A model generated the notes under the pieces. It was not told the DNA's origin, did not search any database, and saw nothing but the letters and a program-made list of their open reading frames with translations. DNA of 59,544 nt, the filler included, from Sphacelaria rigidula (taxonomy: Eukaryota): NCBI GenBank assembly GCA_964200075.2. It is 7 parts of 7 records of this genome, joined end to end, with 100 filler letters (N's around TTAATTAATTAA, not from the genome) between each part and the next. Parts side by side here need not be neighbours in the genome. Positions count along the whole stretch, not along the records: positions 34,085 to 42,504 come from CAXNAA020011201.1; positions 42,605 to 51,024 come from CAXNAA020011202.1; positions 51,125 to 59,544 come from CAXNAA020011203.1; 4 more parts are not named here. The stretch is one strand, 5' to 3'. Made by a program: the position numbers and the translations under genes. The stretch's first letter is position 1, and each line of letters opens with the position of its first letter. This document shows positions 40,290 through 53,770 of this stretch, one piece after another.

Positions 40290-42504
40290 TAATCTTTGGG
40301 GTTCAAACAAAAAATATGGTTGAAGTCCCATTTCTCTATTGCAGGGAAGATGCGAAAGAGTAACACAGAGCGAAAGTATCTTTCTCCCCAAAACTCCGCA
40401 GGAAGAGTTAACCGTTAGACCGCGAGAATAGGTCACATGCTGAATCGACATCACTATTCACTTGAAAAAGGTGCACGTGGTCCAGATGGATTACGGGCAC
40501 CGCGGTCGAAGGGTTAAGCAACTCTGGCTTGGTGCACCCAACGAATGCGGCGTTCACGCGTGTCGATGACGATATCACCAGAGAGAGAAGCAACGACAGA
40601 GAGGAAGCTCCTCGCCCGTGCCCTTTGCGTGTCCCGCTCGGCAATTACCACTATCGCTCGAGAGACTTGCATCATCGATGTCACGAGCATGTATCCAAAT
40701 TTTCCATGTTGTGCCTAAGGACCGAGCTGCGGAGAGATTCCGTCTCTTCTTACTTGCTTGATGCGAAGATCGATTTCTCTCTGCCTCTCTTTTTGGACAA
40801 GACGCGCGTCTGTGCGCTGAAAAACATGTCGTTGAAAAACAGGGCAATGTTCCCGTCACCGCTACTACTGCTATTCTCTGTCACACAAATGCCAGCAAGG
40901 ACGGTGCTGCGGCAGTAACAGATAGATCCATTTTGAACTTAGAGGGTGTTTTTCATCATTGATTTTCCCTAACCTCCTCCTCCCCCCAACGGGGTGCCCC
41001 AGCAGAAGAACCTGCCACAGGCCATTTGGGGGGGGGGGGGCGTGAGAGATCAAACACTTGTGGAGACCTTCTTGACATGCGGAGAGGAAAAATATAGCTA
41101 TGATGGTGACCTAACTGTTGCTAGCGTGGCGCGTAGGAGTCCGCCCATGCCGCAACCTGCAGCGCACGCTGGTCGCGTGAGCACCTGAGTAATAGGTACA
41201 ACAGTACGTGGTAGCTTCCCATGATAATCTAATAGGTATTCCGATGTCAGGAGGTCATGCATTATTGCTACAACGAGGTGAGAGGAGAGACGAGAGTGCT
41301 CTGCGATCAATCGCATGTCGTTGCATTCGAGACCCACGTCATCAGCAGCCGACAGCAAGAGTCTTGTGGCTTTCACACGACGCTGTCGGCAGTACGGCAG
41401 GCAAACCCGATCATCGCTGCCTTTCCTTGCTTTACCACCGTACCTACTCGCGTCTGCTAATAAAATGCACCCAAACTCTCCGCAGTACAGGTATGGAAGA
41501 AAAACAGAATATTTGTTTCCAACAGTATCCAAGGATATAAATCGACTCACGGGACCTGAGGGAAGGTGGCCGTTTCGGTCAGCGGTACGGAGATATTGTC
41601 AGACAGCACTACCAAACTGATGGGGGAATTGCCTTAGGCAATCCACGGAGACCGCAACAGAAATCGACAAGTTATTGTTTTTATCAGAAAACGATTCACA
41701 TGGAACTGTTTGCAAGAAACAGCCGATTTTAAATTCTGGGGTTCAAACAAAAAATGAGGTTGAAGTCCCATTTCTCCATTGCAGGGAAGATACGAAAGAT
41801 TAACACAGAGCGAAAGTGTCTTCCTTCCCAGACCTCCGCAAGAAGAGTGACCCGTTAGACCGCGAGAGTAAATCACATGCTGAATCGGCATCACTATTCA
41901 CTTGAAAAAAGTACACGGGGTCCAGATGGATCACGGGCACCGCGGTCGAAGGGTTAAGCAACTCTAGCTAGGTGCACCCAACGAAATGCGGTGTACACGC
42001 GTGTCGATGACGATATCACCAGAGAGAGAAGCAACGACAGAGAGGAAGCTCCTCGCCCGTGCCCTTTGCGTGTCCCCGCTCGGCGATCACCACTATCGCT
42101 CGAGAGACTGGCATCCTTGATCTTACCAGCATATGCCAAAATTTTCAGATGCCAGAGCATCGACGTGCGGAGAAATTCCGTCGTCTCTTCTTGCCTGTCG
42201 CCAACGTGAACATCGATTTCTCTTTGCCTCTCCTTTTGGACAGGACGTGCCTCTGTGCGCTGAAAAACATGTTGAAAAAATAGGGCAATGTTCCCGTCAC
42301 CGCTACTACTGCTGTTCTCTGTCACACATATGCCAGCAAGGACGGTGCTGCGGCAATAACAGATAGATCCAATTTGAACTTAGGGGGGTGTAATTCATCA
42401 TTGACTTTACCCACACCTCCCCCGCCAGCCGGGCTCCCGAGCTTAACACGCCAGTTAAGGGGGGTGTATAAGATATCAAACACTTGTAGAAACCTATTTG
42501 AACA
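40290..42504. repeat. Two diverged direct copies of a ~780-bp repeat (~40290-41075 and ~41730-42504)
   Basis: Colinear similarity, e.g. GGGTTCAAACAAAAAAT..GAAGTCCCATTTCTC and GATATCACCAGAGAGAGAAGCAACGACAGAGAGGAAGCTCCTCGCCCGTG in both copies. Confidence 0.88.
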
Positions 42505-43037
42505 NNNNNNNNNNNNNNNNNNNNNNNNNNNNNNNNNNNNNNNNNNNNTTAATTAATTAANNNNNNNNNNNNNNNNNNNNNNNNNNNNNNNNNNNNNNNN
42601 NNNNGCTTTGTAGGGGTGCGAAGTCAATGGCCTTATGACTATGGCATGCATGATCATGAGTACACCCCCTCCCCCCGTCCTCCCGGACACTCTTGCGGAA
42701 ATTAAAATTTTCTGACAAGGTCGGAAAATGCTAGTGGGGGTAAGTCATTGGTGTGTTGAGAACAGTGTTCCTCTCGATAAAGGGCACGCGACTGATTATG
42801 TACAAGTCAAGAGACGCAACCCACGAATACGCACTTGCAACAAAACTACGAATCCAATCCTAACCGAAGGGGGAAACGCGTGCGAGATTCACTTTTGAAG
42901 CTTTTCTTTGTCCGCACCTACGTCATCATTACTCTCCCAATTCCCCGCCCCCCTCTTTCTCCCCGTGACGTTAAGCCTTCCCTTCCTAGACTTACTCCCG
43001 TTATTTCGTCTATCTTGAATCCAATGATGGGGGGTAG

Positions 43038-46000
43038 TTCGCGATAGGACGGTGCCGCGCGCTCCCGCTGACCTCCACGGAAGCACTGCCTGACGATAAA
43101 AACGGAGACGGCAGTGGGAAGGGCGGAGACGGGAGCCAGGCGGCGGATCCGGCCCGAGAGATTTTGGCCACGATAGGAGCCGATAATGCTGGAAAATATT
43201 TGGTATCCACACAGGTATGATGGTTTCAACTATATTCAAGATGGTTTCAACTGCATCCAAGACTTTTTATTGCGTCGCTGGAGCGTGCGGTGGGAGTAAT
43301 TCGTATTGGGGGATGTATGCATGTGTTTGAGAAATACAGCATCTCCCCACCGCTTTTGCTGTGTACAGTAAGTAGCGTCTATAGTATTTGGTGGGTTTGG
43401 GTTCGCGTTCGGCTCGTGTGAAAACTGGTCAAAATACGCGCATCGCAACGGTTGTCTCAGGACTCGTGGACGCGAGGTTTGCCGATGGATGTCGATCCGA
43501 AATGTGGATTTTTTCATCCATTTGTTCATGTCAACGGTACGGTGCGATAGTGCAGGCGGGTTCATCTCTCGTGTTTATCTCGTTCTAATCCTCGACGGGT
43601 GTATTGCCTTCGGTGAGAGGTATATAAAGTGAGGGAGAAGGCGGGGGAGCATCAACTCGGAGTAATGAACAGATCTTAACTGTGTGGTGGGGTTGGTTGT
43701 TCTTTCCCTGCTCATACATTTGTGGGGGTGTGTCAGCGGATGGCCTTCGCCAGATGGCGCCCGCGACACAGCCTTCACGGATACGTGAACGATCCAAAAT
43801 TCCCTACACCAACAAAGAATATTGATTTGGTGATCGCACCAAGCGACGGCATGTGCAGTGCCACCTACAGGATGAGGCTCTACAGGAGTCAGCGTACATT
43901 TGACCCCGGCCGGTTCACCATACCATGTATGCACGGTGCCATTGTACTGAACAAGAATCAACGGGGATGGTACATGAAAATAAGGGTCCAAAACGACTCG
44001 TGACGGCCGGTTGACATCACGGTATCCATGCCTGATGACGAGGCGTCCACGGTTGCAGCTCCAACTGTAGGCATGGTTTGAATAGCCCGCCTTCCCCTCT
44101 GTATCTACGCCGCCCTGCGTACTATCCGCCCACCCGTTCCCTACTGACGTTACGCGTACAACTCCTGCCCCCTCCACCATCTCAGGATGAAGACCTGCGA
44201 GCTCGGCTGAGAAAAGTGCCAGGATGCCCTTTGCTGTTCGTGTCTCGTACGGTGCTGTTGATGGAGCAGCCGTCGGGCAAGAGCAAGACGGAGTTCGAGA
44301 AAGCAGAGGTACTTTTTCGTGATAGCTGCGTTCCACGTGTGAATTTGCATATGTGTGTGTTCGCGTTGTTAATGCTTCCATGCTCATGACGTCAACGTGT
44401 TGCACAAAATGTTCACATTTTACCCTTTCGACTAATTCGGGGTTGCGTGATTCGCCCCTCACAGAGCATATGTTGTTGTGTGGGGTGGTTTACTCATGAC
44501 TGTGCATGCCGTGGTCATGTGGCCATCGATCTGGTATCACTGCAAAGCCGGGACGGAGCACGTCGAGCTGTCGCCGGACCAGGCTTGTAGTCACAAAGCG
44601 CGAAGCGCCGTGATATGTTCGGCGAGTCTCATCAACAGTGAGCTGCATCCTTCTGAGATATTTCGGCCCGAAGCGTACTACTTATCTTGCATATGGAAAG
44701 CAGCCTCGAATGAGTTGATTCACTTTTTGGCATCGCCACTTCCTGAGTCAGCCGCGGATTACACTGCCTCATGGGTGTCTGAGCCTAGAGATGCACTGGG
44801 TATTACGATCACCCCCTCTGCGCGGAGTTCGGGTTCTCTATCCCGCACAATACGATCCACCTCAACCACCAAAATGGTTACCGCAAAAATAAAACGCGAG
44901 AGCAAAAAAGAATATATCCTGATTTCCTAGGTTACGCAGAGAGTGGCGCGTTTTACAGCGTCGTTGCCAACCTGGGTAGGCATGTCGCGCGAAGCGTGTA
45001 AGTAAACTATTGCTCGTGAAACGTGCTCGGTTGTGTAGAAAAGAGATAGGGATGAATTGGCTGATCGATGTTTCTCTACCCAAATGTATCGTCGGGGGCA
45101 ATTTTCGCCGCGCGATTTCGTGCAGTTGTTGGTTGATTTCGTGCATCCAAGTTTTCGTCTGATGTCATGTGCGCGATTTCATGCAGGCCGATGCTTTCGG
45201 GGGGTTTTCTCGTGTCGTTTTTTCTCGCTCGGTTCCCATATTTGAGGTCATGTAGAACTAGTCCTCGGGAAGCGCGAGCTATCGAAGGGGGCGCGGGGGG
45301 GGGGGATTTGAAACCATATTTTACACAAAGGAGCCGATTGGAGGCGTCGATTATCGCAGCAAAAGTGCTTTTCAGTACGTGCTCTTCGTATTTACATGAA
45401 ACGCGTGTGCACACCTCTTTTTCACGCTACTTTTGCCGGTGAACCCCCGTTATTTTGTGGGACGTTTCACGCCATCCCTGCTGTAAGATTACTCCAATAC
45501 TGAGGCTTCTCGTGTTCGAAACCTGCGTTTTCCTGTGTTGAGAACATTCCCCCCCCACCTTGTGTTCGCGCGTTTTTCGTGCATGTGCATGTGCTTGCCC
45601 TTTGCAGCGCAAGAAGAACGTAGGAACGACAGAGGAAGAAGATCGAGTTCTGGGTGTTCTCAAAAGGAGGGAGAGGGAAGAGAAGCTCCGAGAAAGGTGC
45701 GGCGAAACAGTGACACGAAACGCGGGCATGTTCGCGCAAGAAGAGGTGGCGTGTTGTCCCATCGTGGGTGAAACGAATTTGTCTTTTGTTTTGCCGGGCG
45801 ACACGCGATTTTTTTTCTCTTCTATCAAGCATTCCTCATTTTTGTTTTTCCCTGCCATATTTTCAACCCCTCCCTTCCTCGCGACGAATCCGTGGTCTAA
45901 TAGTCTCAAAGGAGAAACCCGTCTCCCCCCGGGTACACGCCTTGCATTTTGGTATCGCGGAATGGATCAGCACTCCCGCACCGTGTCACCCCTCTCGCTG

Positions 46001-49000
46001 ACTTCATTTTCATACCATGAGGGTTGTGTCGGATAGTCATACTGTGGTTCGGCTTTTGCTGCGATCCATGCTCGAGTAAAAGCAGTGTTGCAATCATACG
46101 ATCTGGGCAGGTCGACTTAGGTTACTCTACCTTGCTGATAGCACTATTGTACACTTCAAATGGATGGCTGGCCGATGAGGGCGCGTGTGCGACACGATTT
46201 AATAGGGGTTTGTATCCGTCATATTTGCATCGTTTCAGTTTGTCAGCGGCGCAATAAAAAGTGTGGCTGCAGCCTGCACCGGCAGTGTTGCATTGGACAA
46301 GCCCGGGTGGCGCGCTGCGCCATGAATAAACGCATGCCAGACGGCGTATGAACGGAGATCACCTCGCTCCCTGTAATCGACTATAACAAGCGCAGTAAGA
46401 AGTGGCGGCTGATGCCGAAGGTTCATGCCCGAGAAGTCAAGATTGTACTGAACTGTGCTGCCGATCGCCGCCAGCTGTGTCGAGCTTCCTTGAGACGAGG
46501 TTCAGCCAGGGGTTCTTGTGTATTGTTGTAGAGGTACTGTGCTATACAACTCGAGAGTAGCATAGTACAGGCCTTTGCCGTACAGACGGCAGTTTTCGCG
46601 GTGATAGGGAACAGTAGAATACAAGTACAAGTAGCGGTACCGCGCAGGCAAAATATAGTACAGTACACAACACTCACACTCCTATCGTGATGTACACCGC
46701 CGTCACGTTTCCGACGACCACAATCACACACCCCAGAGAAGAAAACAAGCACACTTTCATCGGCCGGAAGTTTAATCATTGACCCGCCGCCCTAAATGGT
46801 TCCAGTTGTGCCACATAGACCGCTGGGCGGCGGCAGCAAACATCACCGTCTTTTTTCAGGTTCGACAGTTACGTATGTCTCGAAAATGAGACCACACTAA
46901 CTTCGTTTTAGCGAAACCCGAGTGCGTTGGGCAATCTAAATCCAAGGTATAACGCTGCAAGGCGCGGTCAGACAGACCTCGAACCGAATCTGACTCGAGT
47001 GGTGAAAGTGTGTTGCTGACCTTTTAGGGTTAAGGTGTACGTTTTGTCGAGAGGACAGGAGTTCGTCGCGAGTCAGAGAAATTGACCTGCTGTGGTGACG
47101 TGAGGAAAATGAAAATTGACTGAGCTGTGAAGTTTCGTGAAGATCATCCCCCATCCCATCCGCCTCGAAAGGGACGCGTGGTCAACGGTGAAATTACGAA
47201 GACAAACAGCAAATGAGTATGCCCCCATAGGACGAGCCCGGGAAAAATTTAGGCCGCCTAACGAGTAGCTGTAGTAGGTCACCCTTGGACCTGCTGCACT
47301 CGCCTGGAGGAGACTTCGAAGATACTGTTCGGCCATGTGGAAGAGATGGGTAATTCCTTGTTATGTTTTTTTTTTACCTTTTGTCATGTGCAGTGCAAAG
47401 CGAATTCTCACCTCGTATATTTCTAGTCACCCACGGTGTTTTGCGCAGTTTCTGTGCCTTACATTCCCCCTTTGTATAAGATCCGTTGCGAGATACAGCT
47501 ACGGGAACGATCGCACATGTTTGAGGTACGTTCTGTTCGTGTCATGTGGAATGGCACCATCGGTGTTGAAAGCTCTGTAAGTATCGGACGAACATTCTCA
47601 AGGGCTCATTTCAACGCAGACAGTTTTATCTCACAACCACTGGTTATTTGTCGTGAAATCGCGTATTTACGTAGCTAGAAACAAGAGATGAGAGATATTC
47701 CGCACTTTTCGTGACGCCAACATCGAAGTCTTAACGCAGGCGAGAAGCCTGTGCATGGGTACATCTTCGAAGCAAGACCTTACCCCGTGCTGTGGGTGGT
47801 CATCCCACATCGTTCTACGTGGCCGCTATCCAGCTCCCGTCTCTGTTCTCAGTAGCGATCACCATATCTGGGACGTGAAAACTAGATCCGCAACTTCATG
47901 GAGACTTAATCCGGTTCCCGGCACACCCGGTTCTCTGAGATGCGGGGAGAACGTGTGTGCGACAGTGCGGCACACCGTACCGCCGAGCGTTTTTGCTCAA
48001 ATTGGCGCCGAAACGCCAATTTAAGCCAACGTACTCTTTGTCTTGGAAACTGCAGTGGACCTCCTTTCCCCGACGGATCATGGCTTGCCCTCGTCGGGGT
48101 TAAATTAAGGGTACGGGTCAGGGTCAGGGTGTAGTTGGGTAAGCCTGTGTGGAGGTCTGGATCTACTCCTTGCGACCCAGATGGTGAGCAATCCTTTCTG
48201 TTGTTTACGAACGTAAATGCTGTAGAGCTGGCACAACGCATTCAGCGTGCGTGTCAACCGGAGGAATCGTGGACACAACATGTATGGAAAATTTATCACG
48301 TGCGATTTGCCACATGATGCGTTACCGCATTGCAAGGCTCAACGCCCCGCCACTCTATGAAGCACAGGAAGTGAGCCATGACGTCCCAGTCGAAAACACA
48401 TGAAGCCGCAAAACTTCCGCATTCTGTGAAGCTTGCAGCGCAGATGAGTGCAGGAGATGATCACGTTCATAGTACTTCCGTCCTTCCCACCTGGTAAATG
48501 ATGTGGAAGTTGTCGTGATGCGTGTATCTTCAGGCGACGACTGAAACTTGGCGCCCTCCGTAGTGCTATCACGCGGTGGGTGTAGGACCCCCTTCTCGTG
48601 CGTCAGCTGCCGGCGGGTGGACACACGCTTTTGAATATCTCTCATTCCTCGCTTTCGCAGGAAAAGTTGGCCTCCGCGAACTCATCCATGTTTGAAGTTT
48701 GGAAGACATGTTGGAGAGTTCGCGGATCAAGTTCTCATCCTCACCAGCGAAAACGTTTTGATTCCATCTCGTGGACCGCTATGCCCACTACTGAAGCGTG
48801 CAATTCTGCTTCTCTTGTGATAACAGGGCGTCGCAACCTCGGAAAAGACTGAAGAAAAAAGCGTCGGCCCCGAACCCGCTGTCGTGCAAGCGATCAAAAG
48901 CGGCAGGACAAGACGGTGGTGGCAACCCAGCAGCAGGCGGCAAAATTTTAAAGGCCTCCTCTGCAGAAACGGAGAAGCGAAGGAGAAAACGAAAAAAATC

Positions 49001-49013
49001 GACGTCTGGTTGA
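43038..49013 (+). CDS. UTP23: rRNA-processing protein UTP23 (Fcf1-like PIN domain), 3' part; exons ~43038-43214, 44186-44308, 45608-45696, 48827-49013
   Basis: Spliced peptide ILATIGADNAGKYLVSTQ-DEDLRARLRKVPGCPLLFVSRTVLLMEQPS...KKKASAPNPLSCKR plus a basic tail. All junctions are GT-AG and phase-consistent (0, 0, 2). PNPLSCK is the UTP23 C-terminal motif. Confidence 0.9.
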
Positions 49014-50669
49014 GCGGCGACCGAGAGCGTGGGCGGGAAAGGGCAGGGCAGTTGGCAGGCCGAGTTTTGGCCGCAGTAGAGATGATGTGTTGTTGGGTGT
49101 TTTCGTGCGTGGAGGGTGGGCGCATGCGTGCGTAGATGGCCAGGCAAGTGGGACTACTTCTCCGTGGTACAGGAGGAAGACATGGCACGATACCAGGCAC
49201 TCGCGAAAAATCTATTTTCTCGCGTGACCGTGTTATATTTTTTTATTTTCTTCGGTCAATCTAGAAATTTTCAGCTAAGGTGTGCTCATCAGCCGCGGTC
49301 TTACGCACACGAGCATCCTCTGGCAAAATACCATGTTTATCGTCAAGACGCGCACAATCAAACGCGCGAAGTCTTGATATTCGTGACGCGTGGTAACCCA
49401 GTGTTTAGATTATGGTTACGCCACACACCTTGTGGACATGGCACTCGGGGTATCGGCCGGCGACACGGGGCGGTTACGGATAGACGCGACAAAATGGCTA
49501 TATTTCAACAGGCTCTAATATGGGTGTGCGGTGGTTCGAGGCTGAGGTTGTTTTTTCACCCCCGTTGGATGCCGAATACCCTTGGATGGACCCCACAGAC
49601 CACTTGAAATGCATCAAAAGCTTCTGTGCTGGTTGAACGCTATGCGTGCGTCAGGGGTTACCGACCACGGAATACACGTTACCTGTTACTGGGGGTGGCG
49701 CTCGCAAATACAGAGGAGCTGCTCAGCTATAGCATCGGGCTTACCGACGTTGAGGGGTAGACGCTAATATTGTTTCGAAGAGAGCTCTGGTGTCGGAGGG
49801 ATCGAGCTGGGAAACTCCGGGCAGAACTTAGTTGGAGGGATCAAACGGTACGACCGCGAGTGTGTTCGTTGCGGAGCTTCCTGCCATGCCTAATGTCACG
49901 TACATGTAGCCCCTATTCTTTAGTGTTGAGTGCATTATCGAAGCCCTACAGTTTCTGGCTCCTTTGCGTGTTGAGTGCATCTCTGAGCTCGTTTAGGTTT
50001 CTCACTGGTGCTGCAGCAACGAGCACGAAAGACGACGTATTTTTTCAGCGATTAGTGCAACGGTCGACCGAAGATCGAGTCGTGGTTTGAAAACATGGGG
50101 GTTGCTTGTTGTTGAGAAAGCCCAAGCGTGATGGCGTCGCGGCAGGAGGAGCCTCCGGTCTTCTTGCACAACAGGTGCTCGCCGCTCCCGTGATATCGCC
50201 AGCGCAACCGACCTTTTTGCGGTCGCTGGGCAACCTGTCATGAAAGAGGTGGACATCGCCTCTTACGTATGAAGTGTCCCTGATGCCGTCACCACACTTT
50301 GCTCTACCGCACAAAAACCTCACCACGACCTACTTCCGCCGCGTTTTTTACGCTGCCCTTTAAGTACCCATACTCCAATTTGTTTTTCATCGTCCTACTC
50401 AGCTTCTTCGAGAAGGTTAGAACACCGCACACGATCTATTTCATACTCTACACTTCCGCCGACATGTTGTGGTATTCCAAGCACTATTCATTCACGAGTG
50501 GTGTAGATGTTAATTCATCCCGATTTCAGCACATGGCCCCGGCCTTTGAGTCACTCAACTAGTAAAATTAAAGAGATGATGGGCCCGCCACTTTCTCAGA
50601 CCCCCCCCACACGCGCACACACAACTCTCTAGGAATGCCAGCCGTGACAATCACGTCATCTCTTCTCTT

Positions 50670-50828
50670 TCAGCTGATGTCTGATGCTGGCACCCCTTCT
50701 TCCGTAACATTTAGCAAATCCTCCTCATCGGCACCATCGCTACTGCTTGTCTCTGCCTCCGATAGCAAAACATGGGTAGCCGGGAAAGCGTAGAATCGGA
50801 ATTTTTGTTCCCATGGCCCCCACGGGTC
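50670..50828 (-). CDS. Possible terminal exon of an unidentified gene convergent with UTP23
   Basis: CAG acceptor followed by the open frame DPWGPWEQKFRFYAFPATHVLLSEAETSSSDGADEEDLL...stop; no homology recognised. Confidence 0.3.
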   Translation of the reverse strand, partial: DPWGPWEQKFRFYAFPATHVLLSEAETSSSDGADEEDLLNVTEEGVPASDIS

Positions 50829-51186
50829 CTGCTCAACAAGGATATATAGGAGTATCGTCCACATACAACGGCGGGAAATCGGCGGTCATACGTGGGACGG
50901 ACACGGGGAAAATATGCAGCGGTACACTTGTGTGAAAATATATTTCCAGATTAGAATGAACAACAAATTGTGAGAATTGAGGTTTAACTTCGAGATGAGG
51001 CTCAAGCCCAAAACAGTGCTTTCCNNNNNNNNNNNNNNNNNNNNNNNNNNNNNNNNNNNNNNNNNNNNTTAATTAATTAANNNNNNNNNNNNNNNNNNNN
51101 NNNNNNNNNNNNNNNNNNNNNNNNCGTGTTTTTTGCCCCTCGGCGCCACCCCGTTTTTTTGGGGTGGGGGGGGGGGGGGGGGGGGG

Positions 51187-51995
51187 TGAGGGGGTACTTA
51201 TTTGTTCGTTGCCTCAGCCGTTCGACGATCGACCACGCATGCTTTTTTAGCTGGAGCACCGTTCCTACTCCTAATAGACACGTCCAACACTTGGGCGCTG
51301 ACTACGTTTCTTCCATACAATACACAACAATATTTTACGCATTTTGTCCCCTTCCTGATTGGCCGTCTCTCGCTACCATTCATCTGCTCTTCCCGTGATC
51401 GTTTTCTCCCTACTGTCTAATGCATCAAACGATTTCATGCTACCTTCGTCTACCTCCCACATTTCCTCGTTTGGCACGTGCCGTTCCTCCTCGTATGGTT
51501 TATATTCTGCTAGTACGAGCATATGATTTCTGCCCTCTCCTATTTTGCCAAAGGAGCAATTCTGTGCATCTGATTTCTCCTTCTCTCGACTACTAGTATA
51601 CCTCCTTTTTTCTGGCGGGCCCGGGTCCCCCACCCGGAATCGCACTTTCAACTTTCTTTCTCGGAGTCCATTGGACCATGCAGGTATGTCTTCATCCCTA
51701 TCCGCTATCTCGACCTGCTGTATATCTTCCGGCGCTCTCCCTCGTCTACTTTCCGTCTTAGCGCTTCTTTTTCCCTTATTTTCACCATGCCTCCTACTTT
51801 TGCCTTGTACCCGCCACATTCACCTATGGACATTGCCTCGTATTGGTTTCCTCCCTTGTCCGTCCCTACTTTCTCGACTACGCTATCCCACCTTATTCCA
51901 TCCTGCCCTTTCATCACTTTCTTCCATGCGGCATTATCTACTACGGTTGGCAATCTCTTTCTTAGCATGCTCCTTACGTTATATTGCCCCATTCC
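51187..51995 (-). mobile_element. 5'-truncated LINE 3' end (second family); shorter 3' ends at ~4855-4910, ~17050-17170, ~25391-25463, ~47160-47226
   Basis: Frameshifted post-RT-like peptide (RWDSVVEKV..., LKVRFRVGD..., Cys/His remnant) runs into a 3' sequence shared by five loci, each ending in a C-rich run. Confidence 0.65.
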
Positions 51996-52024
51996 CGGTT
52001 TACCATGCCTCTATCTACCGATGG

Positions 52025-52247
52025 AGTTTACCGGCTTTGGGCTACAAATGTCCATGGTTGATATTCACTTGACTTGAGTGTGCACAACGAGAATCGGAAA
52101 TTCAGTAGGACCGGCAGTCAGTCTCGTGTGCTCCGTTACCCTTGCCTAGGGTTCTCGGTATGTGTTGGGTTGAGGTTAGTGTTGGGGGTAGTGATACTTG
52201 TGAAATGGTGTCAGCCATGGACATTTGTAGCCCAACGCCGGTAAACT
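52025..52247. mobile_element. MITE with ~37-bp TIRs
   Basis: AGTTTACCGGCTTTGGGCTACAAATGTCCATGGTTGA pairs with TCAGCCATGGACATTTGTAGCCCAACGCCGGTAAACT. Confidence 0.82.
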
Positions 52248-52888
52248 AGCCTTCTATTCACGCTACGATGGGGGTAGGGGGTGAGATTCCACGAAAAATA
52301 GGGGCTCAAACGTGTGTCAGACGACCAAAGTAGTCGCGGTGTGTTCAAATTTGGGTAAAAGCGGTGCCAAGTGGTATGAATGAGTGTGTTTTATTGGTAA
52401 CAAGCGCGTTCGTTCGAACACACGGTGCTGCTTTCAACGACGATTTCAGATGGAACCCCGCGAAATAAACAGCCCAAAATACCCCTCCCGCTGTCATAGC
52501 ATCACTCCCTTATTTTCTTCGAAATTTTCCAGTGGTTGTCGATCCTTCTCTGACCCCCCCAGGGATCGATCGAGCCGTGGTCACATCATAGACGAAACCG
52601 AGACAAAATAAAAGTGAAACGCTCGCTGAAGAGGAGGGAGAATAAAAAAACTAAAAAAGCAAAATGAGAATAAAAACAAGAAGTAAACGAGCGAAATAAA
52701 ATAACGAAATAAAAATAAGGAAACAAAAAAAAAAAAACGCAGAAATGGGCGACCTCTGCGACGCGAATTCGGTGGACAAGGTCTTATGCAAAAACCCTTT
52801 ATGCCCAATCGTACAAAACAAAAAGGCGTGGGAACAGGTTGTGGCTCATCTTTCCTCCCCCACTACTTTGGGTATGAAGCTCTCGTCC

Positions 52889-53142
52889 GACACTTTCTAC
52901 GATACCCCCCCCCCCCCCCCCAAAAAAAAAAAAAAGGCCCAAAAAAAGCGCCAGACGGCCCCCGCGGTGGGGGGGAAGGCCCCGCGAGGGCCGAAATCGG
53001 GCGACATTGGCGAGAACGAACCAAAGCGTGGGAATTCCCAGCTGTTCGTTGTGCTCGGTTTTTCCCATTTCGATTTACGTGAAGCTTTTGCCTCCCAAGA
53101 CAGCCACTTTTTTGGGGGGGTGGCGCTATCGTAGAAAGTGTC
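52889..53142. mobile_element. Intact MITE with 4-bp TSD GTCC
   Basis: TIR GACACTTTCTACGATA / TATCGTAGAAAGTGTC; GTCC at 52885-52888 and 53143-53146. Confidence 0.9.
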
Positions 53143-53383
53143 GTCCATGAACCCTATGGACGCGAGGCACCAGAGTGGTGCTTGCATCCACCGGGAGGAA
53201 AGAACAAAAACATAGAGAGAGATAAGGGGAGAAGGAAAGAAAACAGAGAAGGAGACTACACAGGTGATGAAACCCAAGGGACACAGTACGGTAGAGCAGG
53301 TAAAGACACACTCCAGGGAGCACCGCAAAACCACCGACCGAGGACAAAACCAACAACCGACAGTACAGCGCAAGGGGTACATC

Positions 53384-53770
53384 TAGAGCGCGGAAATGAT
53401 ACCAGTTATAACTGGCCATCATCATTATAGTGGTAATAATGGGAATGGTTAAATGAAAGTTGTGGACAATGGTTTCCAACAATTATTTACCGTTACCGAC
53501 TTTATAAGCCGTTACTGGCCTCGTATGCTACATACAGCCATTGAAAAATTGTCCAAATTTTACGTGTTTTTTTAGTTCTCGTGAAGCCAAATCGCGTGAA
53601 AACATGCGTCCGGGACGCCGCCTCCAGCGGGGTCCTCCGGGGGGGGCTTTTTGGCTCACGGCTGCGCCGCTCGATAACCAAACCATGATGTACCATTCAA
53701 CTGGTTAATGAGTGCGCTACGCGCAACCATTCAACTGGTTAATGGTTAGACCAACCGTTTCCGATCTCTA
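53384..53770. mobile_element. Non-autonomous hAT-type element with 8-bp TSD GGTACATC
   Basis: Ends TAGAGCGCGGAAA...TTTCCGATCTCTA; GGTACATC at 53376-53383 and 53771-53778. An 8-bp TSD with TAG termini is typical of hAT. Confidence 0.88.

Noticed and set aside
43850..43960. KDZ transposase motif (GRFTIPCMHG)
   Set aside because: The downstream GE/ES and YDxxC motifs are absent; one short match is insufficient.
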